A DNA stretch of 19,966 bases from a bacterium (lineage in GTDB: Bacteria; SZUA-182; DTGQ01; JAFGSM01): the NCBI GenBank assembly GCA_049472335.1, contig JBLIRO010000082.1:1-19966 (forward strand), in the 5' to 3' direction. The stretch's first letter is position 1. Each line of letters opens with the position of its first letter. Positions 1-8,057 of the stretch are shown here, piece after piece. The notes beneath the pieces were generated by a model. That model saw nothing but the letters and a program-made list of their open reading frames with translations, was not told where the DNA came from and did not search any database. The position numbers were made by a program, and so were the translations under genes.

Positions 1-114
1 CACCTTGTTGGTTAGTTGGTTTATAAGGTTTTTTTGATCTGAATTGCCTTATTTTACCCTACCAGCAAGGTTTTTTCCATTTTATACCCTCTTCAATTTT
101 AGTCCGATCTCGGA

Positions 115-130
115 TTTGGGGATCCCCAAA
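115..130. repeat. Perfect 16-bp palindrome TTTGGGGATCCCCAAA, next to a second short hairpin AGTCCG-ATCT-CGGATT at 101-116
   Basis: Read directly from the sequence; it equals its own reverse complement. It lies in a non-coding region. Confidence 0.8.
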
Positions 131-201
131 CAGCCCTGATGCATAGAAGCCATTCGGGACCTTTCGACAGCCCTGGGGCTTGAGGAGGAATGAAAAGGGG
201 G

Positions 202-240
202 AAGACTTAATGGGCGAAATTAAGACCAAATGGGCGGATT
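202..240. repeat. Imperfect tandem direct repeat with 20-bp period (AAGACnnAATGGGCGnAnT x2), possible transcription-factor site
   Basis: AAGACTTAATGGGCGAAAT (202-220) vs AAGACCAAATGGGCGGATT (222-240); 15 of 19 positions identical. Confidence 0.55.
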
Positions 241-368
241 GTAAATGCAGGCAATTTCCAGCTTTCAATAATCACTAATCATGGCCTGAAGGGTTTCATT
301 TAACCGTCCTCATAATAATACATTAATAAACAGTTTTTCCCAGATCGTTCCTAATTTTTTGTTACATC

Positions 369-384
369 TCAATAATCATACCAA
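369..384 (-). promoter_or_regulatory. Putative sigma54 (-24/-12) promoter facing left, toward a gene outside the window
   Basis: Minus strand reads TTGGTATGATTATTGA, compared with consensus TGGCACG-N4-TTGC. The GG-N10 spacing is correct but -12 is GA rather than GC. IHF-like boxes (401-413, 419-431) and a palindrome (473-493) lie upstream. Confidence 0.45.
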
Positions 385-472
385 AATTGGAGTCTTATTA
401 TAATTCATTGAAAAAAAAGAATAATTTGATTTGGGCAGATTTTATGACTTTAAATATTCCAACCAAACGGTC

Positions 473-493
473 GTGATGTCTCATATTCATCAC
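473..493. promoter_or_regulatory. Palindromic site GTGATG-N9-CATCAC, candidate activator or enhancer binding site
   Basis: 6-bp inverted arms about 90-110 bp upstream of the sigma54-like motif. The same TGATG-N9-CATCA core recurs at 13324-13344. Confidence 0.4.
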
Positions 494-569
494 AGGAATG
501 ACAGGAAAAAGAAATAAAGTCCATGGGGAATGATGTATGGCTTGGAGAGTTTACTTCCTTGTATAGTTA

Positions 570-3500
570 TCATTTAATCGTCTCCACAGTTAGTTCAGCC
601 TGATCCGTAACGCTATTAAATAATATCCAGTATCCTTTTCCAGGCTCAATATGCTCTGATTCAAGGTTCCGTTTATATCCAACCCCCTGAACATAACTGT
701 AGATAACACCAATGCTGCAATTATCTGAAAAGGCTTGAGCGGGATGTATACACCCCCCAATCATAGCCCATCCGCCCTCATAAACCGGAAGGGTATATGA
801 CTGGACTGGTTGGCCATTAAGTTCGTAAATCTGATTCTGGTCCAATAATATCCAATAGCCTTTACCAACGACTAATTCTTCTTCCTTTGTCACTCTGACA
901 TATCCGGTTCCTTTTTCATAACAATATAAGACAATGGCTTCAGGGAATAACTCTGATAGTTTTGCACTATCAGGAATCAACGGAATAGACATCATGCTCC
1001 AGCCAGCGTTGATCTCCAATAATATATTCACTCGATCTGCCGGTATTTCAGGATTCTTATCATCAGGATCTCCTCCTTGTGTCGCAGTATAATTGTCAGA
1101 GATATTGGGGCTACAAAGGTATCGGCTATCTCCGTCCAGCCCATAGCTATCACCGTCTTCATCTTTATAATAGAGAGTGCAGCCTTGGGCCCCTTCTTCA
1201 TCTGTATACCCATCGCCATCATTATCAATCCCATCGCATACCTCTATGCATTTCCCGAAATAGTCCACATATATACTATTTAATGCCGCCACACAGGAAT
1301 TTGTATAGGTCATCCCATCGCCTCCGCAAACAGGTTCCATTACTTCAGGGCAGGTATCCGGTTTGCGCATGCATACTCCTTTACCTTCCAGATCTCTACC
1401 TGTTTTACTACAAAACTCTCCATCCGGGCACTGGGAATTATCCATACACTCCATTACACTGCCAAAAGCGCAAGTCCCAATATAGATGGTGCCATCGGGA
1501 CCTATTGCTGGTGAAGAATTAACCTCCTCCCCGGTTTTGTATTTCCATTTTAGGCTGCCGTCTGGATTTAAGGCGTATACATTATAATCACCACTCCCAA
1601 TATAGATCGTGCCATCAGCTCCTATAGCGGGAGAGGAATAGTAAATCATTTTTTCTGTTTTGAAGGTCCATTTCAGACTGCCATCTGAATTAAAAGCATA
1701 GACCTTTCCATCAGTACATCCAACATAGATTATTCCATCCGCACTTATCGCAGGGGAAGATTGAAGCATTCCTCCAGTCTGACGGCGCCATTTCAAACTG
1801 CCATCCTGGTTGAGCGCATAGAGATTGCAGTCAGAACCGCCAACATAAATTGTCCCGTTAGAATCTATAGCTGGGGAGGATTCCACATTGCTCCATGTTT
1901 GATAACACCATTTTAAGCTGCCATCCGGATTGAGGGCATATACCTTACTATCATCGCTCCCAAAATAGATAACACCAAAATTATCTATAGCCGGTGATGA
2001 TCCAATCCGGTTGCCTGTTTTAAAACTCCATTTCAGGCTGCCATCCGGATTAAGGGCATAGATCTTCTTATCCCAACTCCCGATATAGATCGTACCATCA
2101 GGCCCTATATTGGGCGATGTCCGAATGCGATCCCCTGTTTGAAATATCCATTTTGGATTGCCATTATGGTCTATGGCATGAACCTTTCCATCATAGCACC
2201 CGATATAGACGATCTCATTGGCGTCTATGGCTGGCGAAGAAGAATAATCTATTTCACTCCTTGTCTGGTAACTCCATTTCTCCTGGCCATCCTGATCGAG
2301 GGCAAGAACACTTCCTCCCCAATTCACAACATAGAGTGTATTGCCTTCACCTATAGAGTAATTGCCTGCATTGGACGTCCACTTCAAGGTATTGGTTTGC
2401 GCTCCAAGATAGGGACTCTGCCCAGTATGTCTTGAATCATGACCTCCTAATGGCCAAGCGCCCCTTTCAATAGGGTCAGGGAACTCACAGCCATTGGTGA
2501 GATCGCCATCCAGGTCACGCCACCCTTTATCACAGGCGCTCATCTCGCATTTACCCTGACTGCAAAAACCTTGAGCATGAATATATGAACACGCGTGATC
2601 ACAGGTGCCACAATTCTGAGGATCGGATTGCATATCAAAACCCTCGTCAATCTGTCCATCGCCATTATTATCTATTCCGTCGCAGACCTCGATGCATTCT
2701 CCATAATAATCAATATTTATCCCCTTCAAGATAGCTTTACATGAATTCTCATAGATAAGACCATCGCATCCACACACTGGCTCCCAGGAATCAGGACATT
2801 CGAGCGGCCGGGGCGCACATTCCCCTGATCCTCCACAATCACCATCTGCTTTGTTACAGTAATTTCCTGTCAAGCATTGATTATTATCTGCGCAGTCCAT
2901 TGCAAAAGCATAGATTTTGCCATCACTGCTTCCGACATAAACAGTACCATCTCCTCCTATGGCCGGCGAAGAATTGACCTCGCCCCCTGTCTGATATTTC
3001 CATCTCAATCTGCCATCTGGATTGAGGGCATACAGATTGTGATCATAACTCCCCACATAGATTGTTCCGTCCGCTCCTATAACTGGTGAAGAATCAACCC
3101 AATCAGGGGTATGGAAGCTCCATTTTAGATTGCCCTCTGGATCAAAGGCATAGACCCGGCCATCACCGCTTCCAATATAAATTGTCCCGTTTGTCCCAAT
3201 GGAAGGTGTAGAATAAATCGCTCCACCGGTTGGATAGCTCCATTTTAACGTGCCATCTGGATTAAGTGCATAGACCTTGTTGTCATAACTTCCAATATAA
3301 ATTGTTTCGTCTGCTCCTATAGCAGGGGAAGAATAGATACTGCCCCCTGTTGGATAGCTCCATTGTATTGTTCCGTCAGGATTAAGGGCATAAACATTAT
3401 GATCCAGACTCCCAAAATAAACCATGCCATCAATTCCTATGGCTGGTGAGGATTCAACGCTGTTCAGGGTTTTAAAGCTCCATTTCAGGGCGCCGTCAGG

Positions 3501-6500
3501 ATTTAGTGCATAGACCTTGTTGTCATAACTCCCGACGTATATTGTACCGTCATCTCCTATCGCTGGTGAAGATTCAACCCAGCAACCGGTTTGGTAAGTC
3601 CACTTCAGGCTGCCGTTTGAATCGATGGCGTAAACCTGTCCATCTCTGCTTCCAACATAAACCGTGCCATCGATCCCAAGGGCCGGTGTTGAGTAGATAC
3701 CATCAATTGTATAAAAACTCCATTTCAGGGTACTATCCGGATTGAGGGCATAGATGTGGCCATCATAGCTCCCGATATAGATTATGCCATCCGCTCCTAT
3801 GACAGGCGAAGAATAAATATCATCTCCTGTCTGATACTCCCATTTCAAGCTTCCATTTTGGGCTGCAATATGTGGACTTTGACCTGTGTGCTTTGAATCG
3901 CGTCCTTTCTGTGGCCAGGGGTCTCGGGGGAACTCACAGCCATTTGCAGGATCGCCGTCTAAATCGTATCGCCCCTGATCACAACTACCCATCTCGCAGT
4001 TACCATTGTTACAAAGGGCTTCAGCGTGAGGATATAAACATATATTGCCACAGTATCCGCAATTTTTTATATCAGTTCCTATATCAAATCCTTCGTCGAT
4101 CTGTCCGTTATCATTATTGTCTATTCCATCACAGACCTCAAGGCATTCCCCGGAATAATCAACATTTTTTCCATTTAAGGCTGCCAGGCACGGATTGTCA
4201 TAGGGTATGCCATTGCATCCACAGACCGGCTCCCATGAGTCAGGACATTCGGTTGGGCGTGTAGCGCATTTGCCTGTATCTTCACATGCATTATCGATTT
4301 TTTTACAGTATTCATCTGTAAGGCAGTCAGTATTATTTGCACAGCCGCCTCCAAAGGCATAGAGATTACCATCCCAACTCCCAATATAGAGTGTACCATC
4401 AGCTCCTATGGCCGGTGAAGAATCCACCATGTCTCCGGTTTGGAAACTCCATTTTAAAGAGCCATCCGAAGCCAGAGCGTAAACCCATCCATCCCCGCTT
4501 CCGATATAAATCGTGCCATCAGCTCCTATGGCAGGTGAGGACTTTATTATATCCCGGGTTTGGTAACTCCACTTCAGTGTTCCATCCGGATTGAGGGCAT
4601 AGACTTTGCCATCAGTGCTTCCAAAATATACAGTGCCCTCATCATCTATAGCTGGGGAGGAGTCAATCCCGCCCGAAATTCTGTAACTCCATTTCAAAAG
4701 GCCATCTTCCGGATTTAGGGCATAAAGGCCGAGAAAAACCCCCAAATAGACTGTGCCATCATTACCTACGGCTGGTGATGACAAATGGACAGATCCCTCA
4801 GCCTGAAAGCTCCATTTTAAAGAGCCATCCTCAGGATTGAGGGCATAGAAAACCTGATCCAAACTTCCGATATAAATTGTGCCATCCTGGCCTATTGCTG
4901 GTGAAGTATTAATCCAATTCCCTGTTTTAAATCTCCATTTCTCGCTGCCATCCGGATTAAGGGCATAGATATTATGATCATTGCTTCCAATATAAATAGT
5001 GCCGTCAGTGCCTATAACCGGTGAAGAGTACCAGATCTGACCGTCGATTTGATAAGTCCATTCCGGAACACCATTCTGATCAAGGGCATAAACAATGCCG
5101 TCACCACCTGCAACATAAATGGTGCCCCCATTACCTATAGCTGGCGAGGCAGATATGCCTATGGATCCTATTGGGTATCTCCATTTCTCACTGCCGTCGG
5201 GATTGAGGGCATAAAGATTATCAGTAGTGCCCTCTATATAGATTGTGCCGTCCGATCCAATTACAGGCGAGGAAGTTACCCATATCCCTATTTGGCGGGT
5301 CCATTTAAGGGCGTTGGTTTGCGCTCCGTTATAGGGACTTTGTCCAGTACGTTGCGCATCATGTCCCCTGCAGGGCCAGGCGCTATTGGCAAGCCCCATT
5401 CCGATAGAGATATTCTTATTATCCATAAGATTGCTACCTGCCGGTAAGAAAAGACTGCAATTGCTGCCATCTTCGTTTTTCAAGGTCGCTCCATCAGAAA
5501 GTTCAATAAGATCAATATTCAGGTCTTTAGAGAATTCATTGAGCTGAACCGGATAGATACCACTAATACTTGTTGTTGAGGAAAAAGGCTCTATTTCCAG
5601 GACATATCCGCTATTGAGGTAAACAATTAGTTTCCCTCCTGCCAGGTTAATCTCTTCGGAAAAATGTAAGGTAATATCTATATTGTCTCCTATATTGTAT
5701 GAACCATCAGGTGTTGATGAGCTGACACTTATTATTTTCACTGTCCTTACTTCATTGGAATAAAAACTCTCCCTCCTCAAAGCATCATAGGATGTGACTA
5801 CAAAATAGGAGATGGCCGAGGTGTTTAATCCCTTAAATGTATATGAAGCGACCTTTCCTACATCGATTTTATCCGAAATGATGCCTCCAACATTTATCTT
5901 GATGGCATAAGGGAGTTCATAAGAACCAGCCTTATAATAAATATTGTATCCGGCAATATCCGTTGCACCATTGGTGTCCCAGTAAATTGTAACTTCGGAG
6001 GAGCTACTATAGCTTAATGATATTTCGGGGGCTGATGGCCGTGCAAAAAATTCATAAGCCCCCATATCACATATGGCTTGATCATCTTCATTGCCGTCAA
6101 GAGGTCTTGGAATATCATCCCTGTCGCCAGCAGGGGCGCCCTCGTTTGTGCCTGTATCAATACAGGGTGAATCTGCCCGGAGGTGATAATCCCCTCCCTC
6201 CGGATCAATAAAAAAGGGGTCGGTATTCAGGTTAGTATCTCCTCCATATTCCCCAAGGATATCAGAATAAGTAATTATCGGAGCCCTCGTGCCATCGAGA
6301 TAAATCTCTTTTAGTTTATCGTTTGAGAAAATGCAATTCGTAACGGTTGGTGAAGAGGAAATCTCACAATAGATCCCGCTTCCATTATCTTTAGCCAAAT
6401 TTCCACTAAGGGTACAATTTTTGATGACCGGTAATGAATCAATACAATAAATCCCGCCGCCATTACTCTTATACATATCGCTCTCAGGATTTATGTCAGA

Positions 6501-7778
6501 GGCCGAATTCTCCAAGATTAGGCAATTAGTTATAATTGGTGAGGAAGAGGAACAATAAATCCCGCCACCAATACCCTGAAAGAAATCTGTAGCTGAATTT
6601 TTATTAATAGTACAATTAGTAATAATGGGGGAAGAGAGACTGCAACAATGGATCCCGCCACCATTGCTTTTATTTCCAGGGGAATCAACGCACCACGCAG
6701 CCACAGAATTTGCGCTGATAAAACAATTTGTTATAGTCGGAGATGAAGAGGAACAATATACTCCTCCACCATATCCCTTTGCAAAATTAGAGCTAATTAG
6801 GCAATTGCTGATATTCGGGGAGGAAGAATAACAAGCAATTCCTCCGCCTATAGCTATAAAGCATATCCCTATACCATCATAGGCTCTGTTTTCGCTAATA
6901 ATACAATTAGCTATGGCAGGCGAGGAGGAATTACAATAAATTCCCCCTCCACAGCCTACTCCAACTTTTCCCTGAGCTAAATTCCCCTCAATGATACAAT
7001 TGGTTATGGCCGGGGAAGAGCCGGAACAGGAAATTCCGCCACCAAGACCATCCCCGATTCCTTTGACCGAATTTTCACTAATTACGCATTTGTCAATAGT
7101 AGGTGAAGAGGATGAGCAATAGATCCCACCCCCGGAAAATGCCGAATTTTCTTTGATAATACAATCAGTAATAGTGGGCGAAGAGGAGGAGCAATAGATT
7201 CCGCCCCCATTGCCATCCGAATTTGTCATTGCTTTATGAATGGTAGAACTCTTGACCGAATTATTACGAATTATGCATTTTTCAATATGAGGTGAAGAGG
7301 ATGAGCATTGGATACCACCTCCCAAAAATGCCGAATTTTCTTTGATAATGCATTTAGTAATGGTAGGCGAAGAGAAGGAGCAATGGATTCCGCCTCCGGA
7401 GCCCTCCGAATTTCCCTTTCCATTTTTAATGGTAATACCACTTATTACTGAATTGCTTTCTTCTCCATTAACAAAAGCAACAACGCTATATAACTGATTG
7501 CCATCAATGATGGTTGCATCCACTACGGCAGGATTATCCGGCTCTGTACTGCTAAGGGTAATGGCCTTGCCTGAGAAATTAATATTTTCAAAATAGGTCC
7601 CTGAATGGAGGATTATTGTATCTCCCTCACTTGCCTCATTAATCGCATTCTGGATACTATCCGGATGATGAATATGTATTTCTGACACGAAAGCAGGAGG
7701 GACATAGGTTGATATTACAACTAATAGAGTTACGAGACCAAAAATAAGACTAAAAGGTACTCCAATTATCCTCTTCAT
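570..7778 (-). CDS. Giant secreted or surface multidomain protein (2402 aa): right-handed beta-helix, choice-of-anchor-Q-like segment, FN3, Ig-like domain, 3 x [PQQ-type beta-propeller + Kazal + MopE-like metal-binding/Cys-rich motif], and a duplicated C-terminal domain
   Basis: Uninterrupted ORF with an MKR + hydrophobic N-terminus. It has 12 GGGIxCxSSSPxIxxC repeats, a GDYHLRADSPCIDTG...DMGAYEF segment, 24 SSPxIGxDGTIYIG...YAL...LKW blades, CPxxxEPVCG.(D/N)G..Y.N.C Kazal motifs and EVCDGIDN.D...DE motifs. Confidence 0.93.
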   Translation of the reverse strand: MKRIIGVPFSLIFGLVTLLVVISTYVPPAFVSEIHIHHPDSIQNAINEASEGDTIILHSGTYFENINFSGKAITLSSTEPDNPAVVDATIIDGNQLYSVVAFVNGEESNSVISGITIKNGKGNSEGSGGGIHCSFSSPTITKCIIKENSAFLGGGIQCSSSSPHIEKCIIRNNSVKSSTIHKAMTNSDGNGGGIYCSSSSPTITDCIIKENSAFSGGGIYCSSSSPTIDKCVISENSVKGIGDGLGGGISCSGSSPAITNCIIEGNLAQGKVGVGCGGGIYCNSSSPAIANCIISENRAYDGIGICFIAIGGGIACYSSSPNISNCLISSNFAKGYGGGVYCSSSSPTITNCFISANSVAAWCVDSPGNKSNGGGIHCCSLSSPIITNCTINKNSATDFFQGIGGGIYCSSSSPIITNCLILENSASDINPESDMYKSNGGGIYCIDSLPVIKNCTLSGNLAKDNGSGIYCEISSSPTVTNCIFSNDKLKEIYLDGTRAPIITYSDILGEYGGDTNLNTDPFFIDPEGGDYHLRADSPCIDTGTNEGAPAGDRDDIPRPLDGNEDDQAICDMGAYEFFARPSAPEISLSYSSSSEVTIYWDTNGATDIAGYNIYYKAGSYELPYAIKINVGGIISDKIDVGKVASYTFKGLNTSAISYFVVTSYDALRRESFYSNEVRTVKIISVSSSTPDGSYNIGDNIDITLHFSEEINLAGGKLIVYLNSGYVLEIEPFSSTTSISGIYPVQLNEFSKDLNIDLIELSDGATLKNEDGSNCSLFLPAGSNLMDNKNISIGMGLANSAWPCRGHDAQRTGQSPYNGAQTNALKWTRQIGIWVTSSPVIGSDGTIYIEGTTDNLYALNPDGSEKWRYPIGSIGISASPAIGNGGTIYVAGGDGIVYALDQNGVPEWTYQIDGQIWYSSPVIGTDGTIYIGSNDHNIYALNPDGSEKWRFKTGNWINTSPAIGQDGTIYIGSLDQVFYALNPEDGSLKWSFQAEGSVHLSSPAVGNDGTVYLGVFLGLYALNPEDGLLKWSYRISGGIDSSPAIDDEGTVYFGSTDGKVYALNPDGTLKWSYQTRDIIKSSPAIGADGTIYIGSGDGWVYALASDGSLKWSFQTGDMVDSSPAIGADGTLYIGSWDGNLYAFGGGCANNTDCLTDEYCKKIDNACEDTGKCATRPTECPDSWEPVCGCNGIPYDNPCLAALNGKNVDYSGECLEVCDGIDNNDNGQIDEGFDIGTDIKNCGYCGNICLYPHAEALCNNGNCEMGSCDQGRYDLDGDPANGCEFPRDPWPQKGRDSKHTGQSPHIAAQNGSLKWEYQTGDDIYSSPVIGADGIIYIGSYDGHIYALNPDSTLKWSFYTIDGIYSTPALGIDGTVYVGSRDGQVYAIDSNGSLKWTYQTGCWVESSPAIGDDGTIYVGSYDNKVYALNPDGALKWSFKTLNSVESSPAIGIDGMVYFGSLDHNVYALNPDGTIQWSYPTGGSIYSSPAIGADETIYIGSYDNKVYALNPDGTLKWSYPTGGAIYSTPSIGTNGTIYIGSGDGRVYAFDPEGNLKWSFHTPDWVDSSPVIGADGTIYVGSYDHNLYALNPDGRLRWKYQTGGEVNSSPAIGGDGTVYVGSSDGKIYAFAMDCADNNQCLTGNYCNKADGDCGGSGECAPRPLECPDSWEPVCGCDGLIYENSCKAILKGINIDYYGECIEVCDGIDNNGDGQIDEGFDMQSDPQNCGTCDHACSYIHAQGFCSQGKCEMSACDKGWRDLDGDLTNGCEFPDPIERGAWPLGGHDSRHTGQSPYLGAQTNTLKWTSNAGNYSIGEGNTLYVVNWGGSVLALDQDGQEKWSYQTRSEIDYSSSPAIDANEIVYIGCYDGKVHAIDHNGNPKWIFQTGDRIRTSPNIGPDGTIYIGSWDKKIYALNPDGSLKWSFKTGNRIGSSPAIDNFGVIYFGSDDSKVYALNPDGSLKWCYQTWSNVESSPAIDSNGTIYVGGSDCNLYALNQDGSLKWRRQTGGMLQSSPAISADGIIYVGCTDGKVYAFNSDGSLKWTFKTEKMIYYSSPAIGADGTIYIGSGDYNVYALNPDGSLKWKYKTGEEVNSSPAIGPDGTIYIGTCAFGSVMECMDNSQCPDGEFCSKTGRDLEGKGVCMRKPDTCPEVMEPVCGGDGMTYTNSCVAALNSIYVDYFGKCIEVCDGIDNDGDGYTDEEGAQGCTLYYKDEDGDSYGLDGDSRYLCSPNISDNYTATQGGDPDDKNPEIPADRVNILLEINAGWSMMSIPLIPDSAKLSELFPEAIVLYCYEKGTGYVRVTKEEELVVGKGYWILLDQNQIYELNGQPVQSYTLPVYEGGWAMIGGCIHPAQAFSDNCSIGVIYSYVQGVGYKRNLESEHIEPGKGYWILFNSVTDQAELTVETIK
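2965..3845 (-). repeat. Eight intragenic tandem repeats with an exact 120-nt period (second beta-propeller)
   Basis: Equivalent SSP/STP codon blocks start at 2965, 3085, 3205, 3325, 3445, 3565, 3685 and 3805. Confidence 0.85.
6333..7397 (-). repeat. Twelve intragenic beta-helix repeats GGGIxCxSSSPxIxxCxIxxNxA
   Basis: Counted from the translation; they resemble Pmp-like/right-handed parallel beta-helix repeats. Confidence 0.85.
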
Positions 7779-7817
7779 GACTTCATAACGTAATTGAATT
7801 TGCTTTATCTGGATGAA

Positions 7818-7846
7818 AGTATAGGCAGAATTTCAACTTTTGTCAA
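7818..7846 (-). promoter_or_regulatory. sigma70-type promoter for the 2402-aa gene
   Basis: Minus strand TTGACA (7846-7841), N17, TATACT (7823-7818); about 40 bp upstream of the ATG at 7778. Confidence 0.8.
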
Positions 7847-8027
7847 ACAACAAACATAGTAGAGCCCCGCCAGAAGAGCAGTCATTACCCTGTCCATTTG
7901 TTTCTGCACTCTAAGGCCCAGGCAGAGGCGGTATAAAGCATACATCCTAAAATCCTTTCGCCTGATATTATAAAATATCTCAAATATAGTCCAAAAGGTA
8001 TTTTAGAATATTTGTCTGGTATTTGAA

Positions 8028-8057
8028 TTGACAAAAGTTAAAAGTTCTGCGTATACT
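8028..8057 (+). promoter_or_regulatory. sigma70-type promoter for lemA-DUF2207
   Basis: TTGACA (8028-8033), N18, TATACT (8052-8057). An AAGGA RBS at 8132-8136 precedes the ATG at 8145. Confidence 0.75.

Noticed and set aside
125..185. c-di-GMP-I (GEMM) riboswitch, suggested by a GAAA-loop segment (GTCGAAAGG)
   Set aside because: The GGCAAAC...GGGACGCAAAGC-type core is absent on both strands.
59..268. 69-aa minus-strand ORF
   Set aside because: No RBS or recognisable motif, and it overlaps the hairpin and repeat region; probably spurious.
2965..3845. CRISPR array or DGR template/variable repeat pair
   Set aside because: The repeats are in-frame 120-nt coding units with many codon-level differences, not identical repeats with unique spacers. 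I saw no adenine-specific mismatch pattern and no cas or reverse transcriptase gene in the window.
1460..5400. PQQ-dependent dehydrogenase or true BamB
   Set aside because: The blades are short, uniform structural repeats without the large catalytic insertions of quinoprotein dehydrogenases. They sit inside a giant protein rather than forming a stand-alone lipoprotein.
1028..6831. Many 60-147 aa ORFs nested in or antisense to the 2402-aa gene
   Set aside because: Shadow frames of a repetitive CDS with no independent protein signatures.
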